A DNA stretch of 63,309 nucleotides, the filler included, from Candidatus Rokuibacteriota bacterium (GTDB lineage: Bacteria; JAUVQV01; DATDCY01): NCBI GenBank assembly GCA_031406795.1. It is 5 parts of 5 records of this genome, joined end to end, with 100 filler letters (N's around TTAATTAATTAA, not from the genome) between each part and the next. Parts side by side here need not be neighbours in the genome. Positions count along the whole stretch, not along the records: positions 1 to 23,986 come from JANOHV010000258.1; positions 24,087 to 28,689 come from JANOHV010000072.1; positions 28,790 to 31,345 come from JANOHV010000079.1; 2 more parts are not named here. The stretch is one strand, 5' to 3'. The notes beneath the pieces are model-generated. The model did no database searches. It saw only the letters and a list, made by a program, of their open reading frames with translations, and was not told where the DNA came from. Each line of letters starts with the position of its first letter. Within the stretch, counting starts at the first letter, position 1. Both the position numbers and the translations under genes were made by a program. Shown here piece after piece: positions 21,046 through 31,445 of the stretch.

Positions 21046-23986
21046 ATGACAACGTCGGTAGCGAACAGCGCAGTGGTCCCGGCTCTCACCAGCAACGCCC
21101 TCACCGTCCTGAAGAAGCGCTACCTGAAGAAGAACCTTCAGGGCGAGCCGCTCGAGGCGCCGGCGGACATGTTTCACCGCGTGGCGCGCGTCATCGCCGG
21201 CGCCGAGGCGCTCTTCAACCCGGCGGCCGACACCGAGGCGCTGGCCGAGACCTTCTACGGGCTGATGACCAACCTGGAGTTCCTGCCCAATTCGCCGACG
21301 CTGATGAACGCCGGCCGCGAGCTCGGCCAGCTCTCGGCCTGCTTCGTGCTGCCGGTGGGCGACTCGATCGACGACATCTTCGACGCGGTGAAGTTCACCG
21401 CGCTGATCCACAAGTCCGGCGGCGGCACCGGCTTCTCCTTTTCGCGGCTGCGCCCGGCGAACGACGTGGTTATGAGCACGACCGGCATCTCGAGCGGGCC
21501 GATCTCGTTCATGCGCGTCTTCGATCTCGCGACCGAGACGATCAAGCAGGGCGGCACGCGCCGCGGCGCGAACATGGGGATCCTGCGCGTCGACCACCCG
21601 GACATCATGGACTTCATCCGCAGCAAGTCCGACCTGAAGTGCTTCAACAACTTCAACATCTCGGTCGGGCTGACCGAGGCCTTCATGCAGGCCGTCGCGG
21701 ACGATGGCGAGTACGAGATGATCAACCCGCGCAGCCGGGCGGCGGCCGGGCGGCTCAAGGCGCGCGAAGTCTTCCGCTGCATCGTGCACCAGGCCTGGGC
21801 CACCGGCGAGCCGGGGATCGTCTTTCTCGACCGCCTCAACCGCGACAACCCGACGCCGCAGGTCGGGGAGATCGAGAGCACGAACCCGTGCGTCACCGCC
21901 GAAACGTTCGTGCAGACCCTTGATGGCCCGCGCCAGGTGCGCGATCTCATCGGAACGCCGTTCACCGCGATGATCGACGGCGCCCCCTTCCCCGCCGCGC
22001 CCGAGGGTTTCTTCGCAACCGGAACCAAGGAGGTGCTCTGCCTGCGCACCCGCGAGGGGCACCGCCTGCGCCTCACCGCAGATCACCCCGTCCGCCGCGC
22101 CGCAAGCGTGACCCGGGCCCGCGTGGTCGAGGAGTGGGTCCCGGCCGCGCAGCTGACGCCGGGCGACCGCATCGTGCTGCACCGCCACGAGGGCCTCTGC
22201 TGGCCGGGGAACCACGGCGAAGCCGAGGGCTATCTGCTCGGCCTGCTGGTTGGCGACGGCACGCTCAAGCACGACAAGGCCGTCATCTCCGCCTGGCCGG
22301 TGCGCCGGGTCGCCAACGGCGATACCACGGCCGACGGCGTCGAGTCAGTGATGGCCGCCTCGGCCGGATACGCGCAGACGCTCCCGCACCGCGGCGATTT
22401 CACGGGCTGGTCAGCGGTCGCCGGCCGCGACGAGCACCGGCTGGCCCTCGGCGCGGTCAAACACCTCGCGGCCGAACTCGGGATGGCCCCGGGCGCGAAG
22501 ACGATCACCCCGGCGCTGGAGCAGTGCTCCTCGGACTTCTGCCGCGCGTTTCTGCGCGGGCTCTTCGACGCCGACGGCTCGGTGCAGGGGACCACGGCCA
22601 AGGGCGTCAGCGTCCGGCTCGCACAGAGCGAGATCGCAACGCTCGAAGCCGCGCAGCGCATGCTGCTGCGGCTCGGGATCTCCAGCACGATCTATCGTGA
22701 TCGGCGTCCCGCGGGGACCACGATGCTGCCGGATGGCCGCGGGGGATCCGCCGCCTACCAGGTGAAGGCGCAGCATGAATTAGTCATCACGCGCGAGAAT
22801 CTTGCGACATTTGCCGAGCGCATCGGTTTCCACGACACCGCCAAGAACACGCGACTGAATGGTCTCCTCGGCTCCTACCACCGCACCATGAACCGCGAGC
22901 GCTTCCTCGCGACGGTCGAGAGCCTGACGCCGGACGGATGCGAAACTGTCTACGACGTCCAGGTCCCCGGCGCGAACGCCTTCGACGCCAACGGCCTGTA
23001 CGTGCACAACTGCGGCGAACAGCCGCTGCTGCCGTACGAGGCCTGCAACCTCGGTTCGATCAACCTGAACCGCCTCGTGCGCGACGGGCGCCTCGACTGG
23101 GCGCGGCTCGGCGAGGTGACGCGGCTGGCCGTGCGCTTTCTCGACAACGTCATCGAGGTCAACAACTACCCGCTGCCGAAGATCGACGAGATGACGCGCG
23201 CCAACCGCAAGATCGGCCTCGGCGTCATGGGCTGGGCCGACATGCTGATCGCGCTCGGCGTGGCCTACGACTCGCCCGAGGCGGTCGCGCTCGCGGACCA
23301 GGTGATGCGCGCCATCCGCGAGGAGGGTCATGCGGCATCCCGGGATCTCGCGCGCGAGCGCGGCGCCTTCCCGAACTTCAAGGGCTCGATCTTCGATCGG
23401 CCCGGCGCCGAGCCGATGCGCAACGCAACCGTCACGACGATCGCCCCCACCGGCACGATCTCGATCATCGCGAACTCCTCCTCGGGGATCGAGCCGCTCT
23501 TCGCGATCTCCTACATCCGTACCGTCCTCGACCAGAACCGCCTGGTCGAGGTCAACCCGACGTTCGAGCGCCTCGCCCGGGAGCGCGGCTTCTACAGCGC
23601 CGAACTGATGGAGCGCATCGCCGAGGCCGGGACGGTGCGCGGCATGACGGAGATCCCCGAGGACGTTCAGCGGATCTACGCGACCGCGCACGACATCTCC
23701 CCCGAAGTCCACGTGCGGATGCAGGCCGCCTTCCAGAAGCACACCGATAACGCGGTGAGCAAGACGGTGAATTTCCCGAGCGACGCCACCGAGGCCGAGG
23801 TCGACCGGGTCTTCCGGCTCGCCTACGAGCTGGACTGCAAGGGCGTCACGATCTACCGCGACGGCTCGCGCGAGAACCAGGTGCTCTCGACCACGAAGAA
23901 GACCGATCCGTGCGCCGTCGAGCCGGCCGCGGCGCCCGAGCCGCCGCGCGCCCCGGTCATCCGCCGCCGGCCGAAGGCGCTGCGCG
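21046..23986 (+). CDS. nrdJ: class II (adenosylcobalamin-dependent) ribonucleotide reductase, intein-containing, 3'-truncated at contig end
   Basis: FLPNSPTLMNAG, QLSACF, QGGTRRGANM, TNP[intein]CGEQPL, TIAPTGTIS, SKTVN. Confidence 0.93.
21889..23010 (+). mobile_element. intein (374 aa) with LAGLIDADG homing endonuclease
   Basis: Starts CVTAET, block B LRLTADHPV, LLGLLVGDG and FLRGLFDADG, ends VYDVQV..YVHN before Cys. Confidence 0.95.
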
Positions 23987-24086
23987 NNNNNNNNNNNNNN
24001 NNNNNNNNNNNNNNNNNNNNNNNNNNNNNNTTAATTAATTAANNNNNNNNNNNNNNNNNNNNNNNNNNNNNNNNNNNNNNNNNNNN
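23987..24086. other. artificial contig linker
   Basis: N-run flanking TTAATTAATTAA. Confidence 0.98.
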
Positions 24087-24399
24087 TCATGCCGGGATAG
24101 TAGAGCTGGGCGACCATATTCGCCGAGGTCATCAGCTGCAGCGACGGCTCGAAGTTCGCCCCCAGACTGTATTCCACCCTGAAGCGCAGCGTCTCGGGCG
24201 CCCGGTGCGGCCAGATCCGGTCGTAGTCGTAGAGGAGGATTCCGGTCAGCAGGCAGAAGCCCACGCCGCCGGGGCTGTACGATGCGCCGCAGGAGACCGC
24301 GAACCCCGCCCGCGTCGGTTCGGTCGCGGCCGCGTGCAGGGATGGCGGCGCGAGCAGGCTCGCGGCGAGGAGCGCGGCGTTGACGATGACGCGTTTCAT
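24087..24399 (-). CDS. acyloxyacyl hydrolase / PagL-like outer-membrane protein (3'-truncated)
   Basis: Signal peptide; YDYDRIWPHRAPETLRFRVE resembles deltaproteobacterial PagL-like proteins. Confidence 0.55.
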
Positions 24400-25484
24400 G
24401 CCTTCGACAGCAGCGTCAGCGCGTATTCCCCGCCGGCCGACACGCGCAGCAGGCCGATGCCGGCGGACGGCAGCGGTTCGCCGGCCGGCGGCACGCGCCA
24501 GGAATGCGGGCGATCCGACTCCGGCGGCGATGCGGGCGTGCAGCCGGACCGCAGCAGCACGGCCGCCGCCGCGGCGTCGAAAGCCGTTGCGGTCGGGAAA
24601 CTGCCCCAGATCTGGCCGAGCGAGGTGACCGCGCACCCCGCGGGGACGAGTTTGACGTAGGCGCCGGCGCACCGGCGGTGGCCGTCCGCGCCGAGCACGA
24701 GGAGACGATCCGCGGGGATCCCCGCGGGAGCGCCGCCGATGCGTCCCATCCGCACCGCCTCGATGATCGCGTCGCCGCCGCGCCCCGCCGAGGGGCGCTC
24801 CAGCAGCAGGAAGGCGCAGCCCTCGCCGGGGCGGGCCGTTTGGCGGCGGGTGTCCAGGGGGAGGCACCGCGGGGAGTCGGGCTCGCCGAAGGAGCGCTTC
24901 CAGCAGTACCCGAGGACATCGCAATATTCGTCGACACCGCCGACCAGCACGCGATCCACGCGTCCCTCCGCGAGCCAGAGGGTGGCGGTGAGCAGCGCCG
25001 AAGAGGCCGACACCTCGAACTGGCTCAGCGAGAGATTGGGCCCGGTCACCCCGAGCAGGGTCGAGAGGTTTGCGGCCGGGGCGTTGTGAACGGAGGAGGA
25101 GAACAGCGTGGGGGAGGAACAGGAATCGCCGCTGTCGATGAAGGAGTCGAGGAATGCGAGGGTGGTGCCCGAGGGGCCGTACCCGGTCGAGAGCACGACT
25201 CCCATGCGCCCATCGGGGCGGTCGACGCCGGCGTCGCGCAGGGCCAGGCAGGCGCCGAGAATCGCCAGCCGGGAGATGGTGTCCATCCGGCGCAGGGACC
25301 GGCGGTCGACGAAGGCCTCGAGCGCGGCGGTGTCCGCGCGCCGGCACCCGCTGTCGACCCCGCCGGCGCCGGGGATCGGAACGGCCGGGCCCGGGTTGCC
25401 GGCGAGTGCGTCGCGCAGCGCCTCGACCCCGGTCCCGAATCCCCCGACGACGCCAATGCCGCGGATCGCGGCCAGCGCGCTCAC
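24396..25484 (-). CDS. beta-ketoacyl synthase chain-length-factor-like protein
   Basis: LRRMD, SPTLFSSSVHNAPA, no catalytic ACSS motif; GTG overlaps KS stop. Confidence 0.8.
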   Translation of the reverse strand: MSALAAIRGIGVVGGFGTGVEALRDALAGNPGPAVPIPGAGGVDSGCRRADTAALEAFVDRRSLRRMDTISRLAILGACLALRDAGVDRPDGRMGVVLSTGYGPSGTTLAFLDSFIDSGDSCSSPTLFSSSVHNAPAANLSTLLGVTGPNLSLSQFEVSASSALLTATLWLAEGRVDRVLVGGVDEYCDVLGYCWKRSFGEPDSPRCLPLDTRRQTARPGEGCAFLLLERPSAGRGGDAIIEAVRMGRIGGAPAGIPADRLLVLGADGHRRCAGAYVKLVPAGCAVTSLGQIWGSFPTATAFDAAAAAVLLRSGCTPASPPESDRPHSWRVPPAGEPLPSAGIGLLRVSAGGEYALTLLSKA

Positions 25485-26680
25485 CGGTCGGCCCTCCCGA
25501 GGATCAGGACGGCGTTGTTGCCGCCGAACGCCAGCGAGTCGGAAAGCGCCACGCCGCCTTCGATGTCGCGCCCGATCGCGGACGGCGTCCCGTGGATGTC
25601 GGGGTCGGCCTCGGCGAAGCCGGCGCTGGCCGGAATCCGTCCGGCCTCGAGGCAGGCCACCGTGAAGGCGGCCTCGATCGCCCCGGCGGCGCCGAGCGTG
25701 TGGCCGGTGTAGCCCTTGGTGGACAAGAACGGCGTCTCCGGGAACAGCTGGTTCAACACCCGCCCCTCGACGCGGTCGTTGTCGGGGGTGCCGGTGCCGT
25801 GGGCGTTGATGAAGGCCACCTCGCGCGGCGCGACGCCGGCGCAGGCGAGCGCTTCGGCGAAGGCCTGGCGCAATCCGCGGCCTTCGGGGTGCGGCGCCGT
25901 CAGGTGGTGTGCGTCGCAGGCGGAGCCGTACCCGAGCACCCGGGCACGCACCCGCGCGCCGCGGGCCGCGGCCGCCGCGGGGCTCTCGAGCACCAGCACC
26001 GCGGCCCCCTCGCCGAGATTGAGGCCACGGCGATTGCGGTCGAACGGGCGGCAGGGCTGGTCGTCGGTGATCATCAGCGAAATGAAGCCGTTGTAGATGA
26101 TGCGGCAGAGTTCGTCGGCGCCGCCGGCCAGCGCCACGTCGCAGACGCCCGCCCGGAGCCACGACGCGGCGATGCCGATGGCGTCGGTGCCCGACGAGCA
26201 GGCGTTGACCACGGTCTGCACCGGACCGTCGAGCCCGAGTTCACGCGAGACGGCGGCCGCGGGGTTGCTGCGCAGGAAACGCTCGATCGTTTCGAGGTCA
26301 GGGCACCCGCCGCCGCGGTACTCCCGGTAGAAGTCCTCGATGTTCAAAGCGCACCCGACGGTGGTCCCGAGGCAGACGCCAACCCGCAGTCGTTGCAGCG
26401 CGGCGGGCTCCCAGCCGGCGTCGACGAGGGACTGCCGGGTTGCCGCCAGCGCGAATCGCGTGGTCAGGAGCAGGTCGGTCCGTTCGAGGAGGTCTGCCGG
26501 GACAAAATCGTCGGGCACGCCGAAGACCGGATAACGCTTCGGGTGGCCGGTGCTGAAGCGAACCGGGGGGTGAGGGGAGCGCCGCGCGGCGGCCATCGAG
26601 GACATCGCCGCGGGAAGATCCCGCCCGGCGGCACAGATGCACCCGATCCCGGTGACGGCCGCCGGGGTAGGGGGGGTCAT
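25481..26680 (-). CDS. beta-ketoacyl-ACP synthase (type II KS)
   Basis: NACSSG, NAHGTGT, KGYTGHTLGAAG, FGGNN. Confidence 0.92.
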   Translation of the reverse strand: MTPPTPAAVTGIGCICAAGRDLPAAMSSMAAARRSPHPPVRFSTGHPKRYPVFGVPDDFVPADLLERTDLLLTTRFALAATRQSLVDAGWEPAALQRLRVGVCLGTTVGCALNIEDFYREYRGGGCPDLETIERFLRSNPAAAVSRELGLDGPVQTVVNACSSGTDAIGIAASWLRAGVCDVALAGGADELCRIIYNGFISLMITDDQPCRPFDRNRRGLNLGEGAAVLVLESPAAAAARGARVRARVLGYGSACDAHHLTAPHPEGRGLRQAFAEALACAGVAPREVAFINAHGTGTPDNDRVEGRVLNQLFPETPFLSTKGYTGHTLGAAGAIEAAFTVACLEAGRIPASAGFAEADPDIHGTPSAIGRDIEGGVALSDSLAFGGNNAVLILGRADR

Positions 26681-26931
26681 CCCCGGTAGCGCTCTTCCAC
26701 GAACGCCGCGAGCGTGTCGATCGAGCGGAAGGCCTCGCGACCCTCCTCCATGTCCTTGATCTCGACGCCGAAATGTTTCTGGATCAGAACGACGAGCTCC
26801 ACGGCGTCCAGGGAGTCGAGCCCCAGACCTTCGCCGAACAGGGGCGCGGAGTCGACGATATCCTCCGGGCGCATCTCCTCGAGGTTGATTCCCTCGATGA
26901 TGATCTTCTTCAACTGGTCTTTCACGGTCAT
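26677..26931 (-). CDS. acyl carrier protein
   Basis: PLFGEGLGLDSLDAVEL; own GGAGG RBS and ATG, in frame with upstream ORF. Confidence 0.9.
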   Translation of the reverse strand: MTVKDQLKKIIIEGINLEEMRPEDIVDSAPLFGEGLGLDSLDAVELVVLIQKHFGVEIKDMEEGREAFRSIDTLAAFVEERYRG

Positions 26932-28464
26932 ACTTCCCGACCTCCCCCAGGTAATTGACTTTTCATTATACCCGCCCGAAGTGCGGTCCTCAAGGCGCCC
27001 GGCCGCCTCCGGCAGCGCGCGGCCCCGCCGGGCCGCCACTTCCAGCAGCATGCCGTCGAAGGGCCAGGACTTGAGCAGGTTGGAGGAGACCCGGATCTCT
27101 TCGAAGCCGGCGGCCGCGAGCATTGCGGTGATTTCCCGGCGGCTGTGCGCCTTGAGCCACACCCCCTGACGCGCGGCGTTGCCGATCTGGGTGAACAGGC
27201 CGAACAGCGAGCGCCGCGTGGTGATGAAATAGAGGATGCCCCCCGGTTCGAGGTGCCGCGCGAGGCATTTCAGGAACGCGGGGAGATCGGCCAGGTAATA
27301 CAGCGCGGAAAAGCCGCAGGCCAGGGAATAACGACCCTCCAGGTCCAGCGTCTCCGCATTTCCGGTCAGGGTCCGGATGTTGACCAGCCGTTCGGTGATC
27401 GCTTTCCGCTTCAAGATCTCCAGCATGCGGCTGGAGACGTCGACGGCTACCACTTCCCGGCAGTGCCGGGCGATGGGCAGCGTGAAGATGCCGGTGCCCG
27501 CCCCGATCTCGAGCACCCGGTCCGCCCCGGTGAAGAGCCGCGGAAGCTGCGCCTGGAAAAGCGCATACTCGGCCCGTTTGGCGATCGAAACCGCCGAGTT
27601 GAACTGCTCGGCGTCGTAGTCTGCCGCCAGGGTGTCGTAAAAGAGGGCCGCCGGCAGCCGCTCTTCGGGCGTCGCTTCGCGCACCATGACCTCCCTGCCG
27701 ATCAGACGGGCCAGCGGGACGACGTCCAGCCCCTTCTGCTTCAGGCCGCGAATCAGCGCGTCGAACTCGCCGAGCAGCAGGTCCGCGCTCGCCCGCGGCG
27801 GAGCGACATCGTGGAGGGCGATGATGTCACCCGGGGCGACCTTCTTCAGCACCCGCGACGCGAGGCGGGCGATCCGCCGGTTTCCCATGTCGCCGGCACG
27901 GCAACTGAAGTTGACGCAGTACATCCCCTGCTCGAGCAGGACCCGCCAGAGGTGGGGATTGGTGATCCCCACCGGGGGCCTGAAGGCCAGCGGGACGATG
28001 CCGAACCGCCCGAGCACGCTCTGGGCGGCCTGGACCTCGCGCCGGAGCGTCCGCATCCCCTTGAGCATCAGCCACGGCAGGTGGCGGTAGGAGTGGTTGC
28101 CGATCGCATGCCCGCGCGCGAGGGTGTCACGGACGATGGCGGGGTGACGGGCGGCGTTGCCCCCCGTCACGAAGAACGTCGCGCGGACGCCGTGCCGGTC
28201 GAGAAGATCGAGCAGCCGGGGCGTGAAGGCGGGATCCGGGCCGTCGTCGAACGTCAGCGCGACGCCCTGTTCGCCGCGCTTGCCCCGGCTGACAACCGGC
28301 AGAAAGAAGCCGAAGCTGGGAAGAAACGGGGCGATCGCACAGACCAGCACGAACGCCAGCAGCGGCAGCGGCGCGAACCGGCTGCCAAGGAGCAGCAGCA
28401 GCGCGTAGACGTGAAACGCGGCGAACCCGAAGATCGCGGCGGGCGAGAACGGGCAAATCTTCAA
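26932..28464 (-). CDS. polysaccharide deacetylase + SAM methyltransferase fusion, reading through into ACP
   Basis: LTFDDGP, NHSYRH, FRPP, LHD; VLEIGAGTG; no stop before ACP. Confidence 0.85.
26965..26993 (-). promoter_or_regulatory. putative sigma70 promoter for ACP-KS-CLF
   Basis: TTGAGG-17bp-TATAAT on minus strand about 35 nt before the ACP ATG. Confidence 0.55.
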
Positions 28465-28689
28465 GAGCGGCTTCCGGCGCCTTCAGTCATCGCATCTCCC
28501 TGTCGCGTCCATGATGCCACAGTGCCGCCGGAGGTGCCGGCGCGGCGCCTTGACTTTCGCCGTCTGCAGCAGGAGACTCCGGCGGTGCGCTGCGCCGGCG
28601 CCCGCTCTGAAAGGATGGGATTCAGGATTTGGACGATTCGATCAAGAAGTTCATACTCGGCTGGTTGCCGTATCGCCGTCAGATCAGGA

Positions 28690-28789
28690 NNNNNNNNNNN
28701 NNNNNNNNNNNNNNNNNNNNNNNNNNNNNNNNNTTAATTAATTAANNNNNNNNNNNNNNNNNNNNNNNNNNNNNNNNNNNNNNNNNNNN
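28690..28789. other. artificial contig linker
   Basis: N-run flanking TTAATTAATTAA. Confidence 0.98.
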
Positions 28790-28991
28790 GATGTTCCTGC
28801 TCTCCGAGTCCTGCACCGGCCACACCAACGGCGAGACGGTCGCCGAGATCACCGTGGCCACCTGTTGGGACGCCGACCGGTTGGACCTTGCGCGTGTCGG
28901 CAAGATACCCCGCCCGGAGCGTCTCTGCACTGATGCCGCCCGCGACCCCGGGATCATCGCCTGGGCCTGCAGCAGGAGCCAGGGTCGATGA
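28790..28991 (+). CDS. HD-superfamily protein, C-terminal fragment
   Basis: CWDADRLDL motif; truncated by contig start. Confidence 0.65.
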
Positions 28992-29617
28992 TGGTCAGCG
29001 ACCCGGTCTTCAGGCATCTGCTCGAATTCCTCGGCGTGATCGCTTTTGCGCTTTCGGGCTTCATTGAGGCCGAGCGCAAGCAGGTTGATCCGGTGGGCGT
29101 CTTCGTCGTGGCCTTCGTCACGGCCTTCGGCGGCGGCACCTTGCGCGACCTGCTCCTCGACCGCCGCCCGTTCTACTGGGTCGAACATGAAGTCTACGTG
29201 CTCCTCCTGTTCGCCCTCACCGCCGTGGCGCCGATGCTGCTGCGCATGCTGCACAAGCATTTTCTTTTCTCGTTCTTCATCCTGGCCGATGCCGTGGGAT
29301 TGGGCATCTTCTCGGTGGCTGGAACCGTCATGGCGCTCGCAGCCGGGTTGCCGGCGTTCTCCTCGACCATGTTGGGCGTAGTCACGGGCGTGTTTGGAGG
29401 TGTGCTGCGCGACGTCATCCTCAACGAGGTGCCCATGGTGCTGCGCGACGGGCGGCCCTATGCCACTGCGGCCTTCGTCGGGTGCCTGGCGTACACGGGG
29501 CTGGTGCGGGCCGGCGTGGGCGAGGCCAACGCCCTGTGGGTGGCGGCGCTGTCCATCGTCGTCCTGCGCATGGTGGCGTGGCACCGCGACTGGCACATCG
29601 GCTACCGGCGCCGCTAA
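28988..29617 (+). CDS. TRIC/YadS (UPF0126) membrane protein
   Basis: FALSG, TAFGGGTLRD, DAVGLG, GVFGGVLRD. Confidence 0.9.
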   Translation: MMVSDPVFRHLLEFLGVIAFALSGFIEAERKQVDPVGVFVVAFVTAFGGGTLRDLLLDRRPFYWVEHEVYVLLLFALTAVAPMLLRMLHKHFLFSFFILADAVGLGIFSVAGTVMALAAGLPAFSSTMLGVVTGVFGGVLRDVILNEVPMVLRDGRPYATAAFVGCLAYTGLVRAGVGEANALWVAALSIVVLRMVAWHRDWHIGYRRR

Positions 29618-29651
29618 GGGCAGCGGTATCGACGGGAAGAAAATCAGCCAC

Positions 29652-29924
29652 TCACCGGTATGCTTCACCGCGCGGGACGATGGCGAAGACATACAAGAAC
29701 CTCTCCTCCGTATTCGGTGTGAACAGCACCCGCCAACCGCCGACACGCAGCCGCTCCTCGACCCACTCCGGTCGCGAGAGCAGTTCCAGGGTCTCACGGT
29801 GACGTTCGACATACTCGTCAATCAGCTCCGCGATGATGTCTTTCATCTCCCGCCGTTCCACACTCGCGATAATCTTAAGCAGGTCCCGCTTCTCTTCTGG
29901 AATGCGCAATGTTGCTGTCGACAT
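29652..29924 (-). pseudogene. in-frame fusion of antitoxin N-terminus and RelE/ParE toxin C-terminus
   Basis: RHH-like MSTATLRIPEEKRD..ETLELLSRPEWVE joined to RLRVGGWRVLF..IVPRGEAYR. Confidence 0.6.
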
Positions 29925-29978
29925 GCCTTATCCTCCATCCAGGAGGAGCTCTTTGCGGGCGCGCACCTAGTGCCGACG

Positions 29979-30362
29979 CTACACCCGCACTACCCTCAGG
30001 CCGCGAGCCTTCGCCTTCCGGACGCACTTCTCGTCGAAGGTGTGAAAGACACCTTCGGCGGAAACCATGTGCAGGGCGTCCGCGAAATCCAGTCCTCCCC
30101 GATAGTGCTCCAAAGCAGCCGCGACGACCTCCGGCTCCTCCGGCTTGACCACCGGCAGCCCCAGTATGTGCAACAAGGACCGCTCGACCGCGTCTGCGGA
30201 AAGACCATAGACCGCCCGAAGCACCCACTCCAACTCCAGGAGCACCGTCTTGGGAACGAAGATCGCCGTCGACTTCGAGATCAGACGCACCGCCCGTGCG
30301 GCCTGGTCGGCATCGTCGTTCGTGACGTAGCGTACCCAGACGCTGGTGTCGAGTATGATCAC
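29979..30362 (-). CDS. vapC: PIN-domain VapC toxin
   Basis: ILDTSVWVR, ELEWVL, DFADALH, TFD. Confidence 0.88.
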   Translation of the reverse strand: MIILDTSVWVRYVTNDDADQAARAVRLISKSTAIFVPKTVLLELEWVLRAVYGLSADAVERSLLHILGLPVVKPEEPEVVAAALEHYRGGLDFADALHMVSAEGVFHTFDEKCVRKAKARGLRVVRV

Positions 30363-30631
30363 GGTCGCTTTCCCTTGCGCCACGCGGACCGGACGGCGGC
30401 ATCGAGCCCTTCCTGAATCTCTTCCAGGGACCTGGGCGGCCCCTGATACCCTGCACAGCCCAGACCGTCCTCGATCCGGGAAACTGGAAATGTTTTTCGC
30501 GGCTTGAGCAGGAGACCGGCCTCCGTGTCTTCGACCACGAACACCGTCCCGGCCTGCCAGTGATGCTTCGACCGCACAGTCTTGGGGATGATGAGTTGCC
30601 CTTTGCTGGAGAGGATCGTCGTCGTCGTCAT
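30359..30631 (-). CDS. AbrB/MazE-type antitoxin
   Basis: LSSKGQLIIPKTVR; overlaps vapC start. Confidence 0.88.
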   Translation of the reverse strand: MTTTTILSSKGQLIIPKTVRSKHHWQAGTVFVVEDTEAGLLLKPRKTFPVSRIEDGLGCAGYQGPPRSLEEIQEGLDAAVRSAWRKGKRP

Positions 30632-30849
30632 CGCTGCCTCCGTAAGATTTAGTAAGAACAAGATACGCGCCGGTTCACGCGTGGTCAAGCCCGGCGAAGT
30701 GGTGCTGGTCGAGCTGCTGGGGACCGGCGCCCGGCGCGAGCTCGACCCGGCGACTGGGTTCTCGCAAAGATCACTTGATTCGTTCAAACCTGGATTCCTT
30801 TTCGTGTACAGTCCCTCAACGAGATGCAGCGGTTCCTGTTGGTTGTGCT

Positions 30850-30875
30850 ATGATAGCCATCATGATGGCCATCAT
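30850..30875. promoter_or_regulatory. tandem palindromic TA operator
   Basis: ATGATAGCCATCAT overlapping ATGATGGCCATCAT, immediately before the GGAGG RBS of the Phd gene. Confidence 0.65.
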
Positions 30876-30887
30876 GGAGGATACGAC

Positions 30888-31166
30888 ATGAAGCGCGTGT
30901 ATTCGGTTGCAGAAGCCCGGAACCATCTTGCGGCCCTCGTTCACGAAGCCGAGGCTGGCCGTCCGGTGCGGATCAGCCGCCGGGGAAAACCTGCCGCGGT
31001 TCTGGTCGCGGACCATGAGTACGACCGTCTGGCGCGGCAACATTCCGGTTTCTGGGCGGCGCTGGAGTCCTTTCGCTCGACGGTTGCACCCGACGCTCTC
31101 GTCGACGCCGCCACCGCATTCGACGACGTCAGGGACCAGGCTCCCGGGCGGGACGTCGCCCCGTGA
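30888..31166 (+). CDS. Phd/YefM antitoxin
   Basis: YSVAEARNHLAALV..ISRRGKPAAVLV. Confidence 0.9.
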   Translation: MKRVYSVAEARNHLAALVHEAEAGRPVRISRRGKPAAVLVADHEYDRLARQHSGFWAALESFRSTVAPDALVDAATAFDDVRDQAPGRDVAP

Positions 31167-31345
31167 AGCCGCAGTACCTGCTCGACACGAACATCCTCTC
31201 CGAACCGCTGTCAACGACACCCAACACGTCCCTGCTGGCACGCCTTAAACGTCACGAGGGCGAACTCGCCACCGCCTCGGTTGTCTGGCACGAGTTGGTC
31301 TTCGGCGCGAGCCGGCTGCCGCAATCCCGGCGCCGCACGGCGATC
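31163..31345 (+). CDS. vapC: PIN-domain VapC toxin (truncated by contig end)
   Basis: YLLDTNILSE, VWHELVFG. Confidence 0.85.
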
Positions 31346-31445
31346 NNNNNNNNNNNNNNNNNNNNNNNNNNNNNNNNNNNNNNNNNNNNTTAATTAATTA
31401 ANNNNNNNNNNNNNNNNNNNNNNNNNNNNNNNNNNNNNNNNNNNN
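31346..31445. other. artificial contig linker
   Basis: N-run flanking TTAATTAATTAA. Confidence 0.98.

Noticed and set aside
23987-24086. TTAATTAATTAA motif in N-runs (also at 28690, 31346, 50563)
   Set aside because: Artificial six-frame-stop contig linker; ORFs and synteny across it are not real.
29618-31345. Integron cassette array for the TA genes
   Set aside because: No convincing attC sites or integrase; modules are in mixed orientation.
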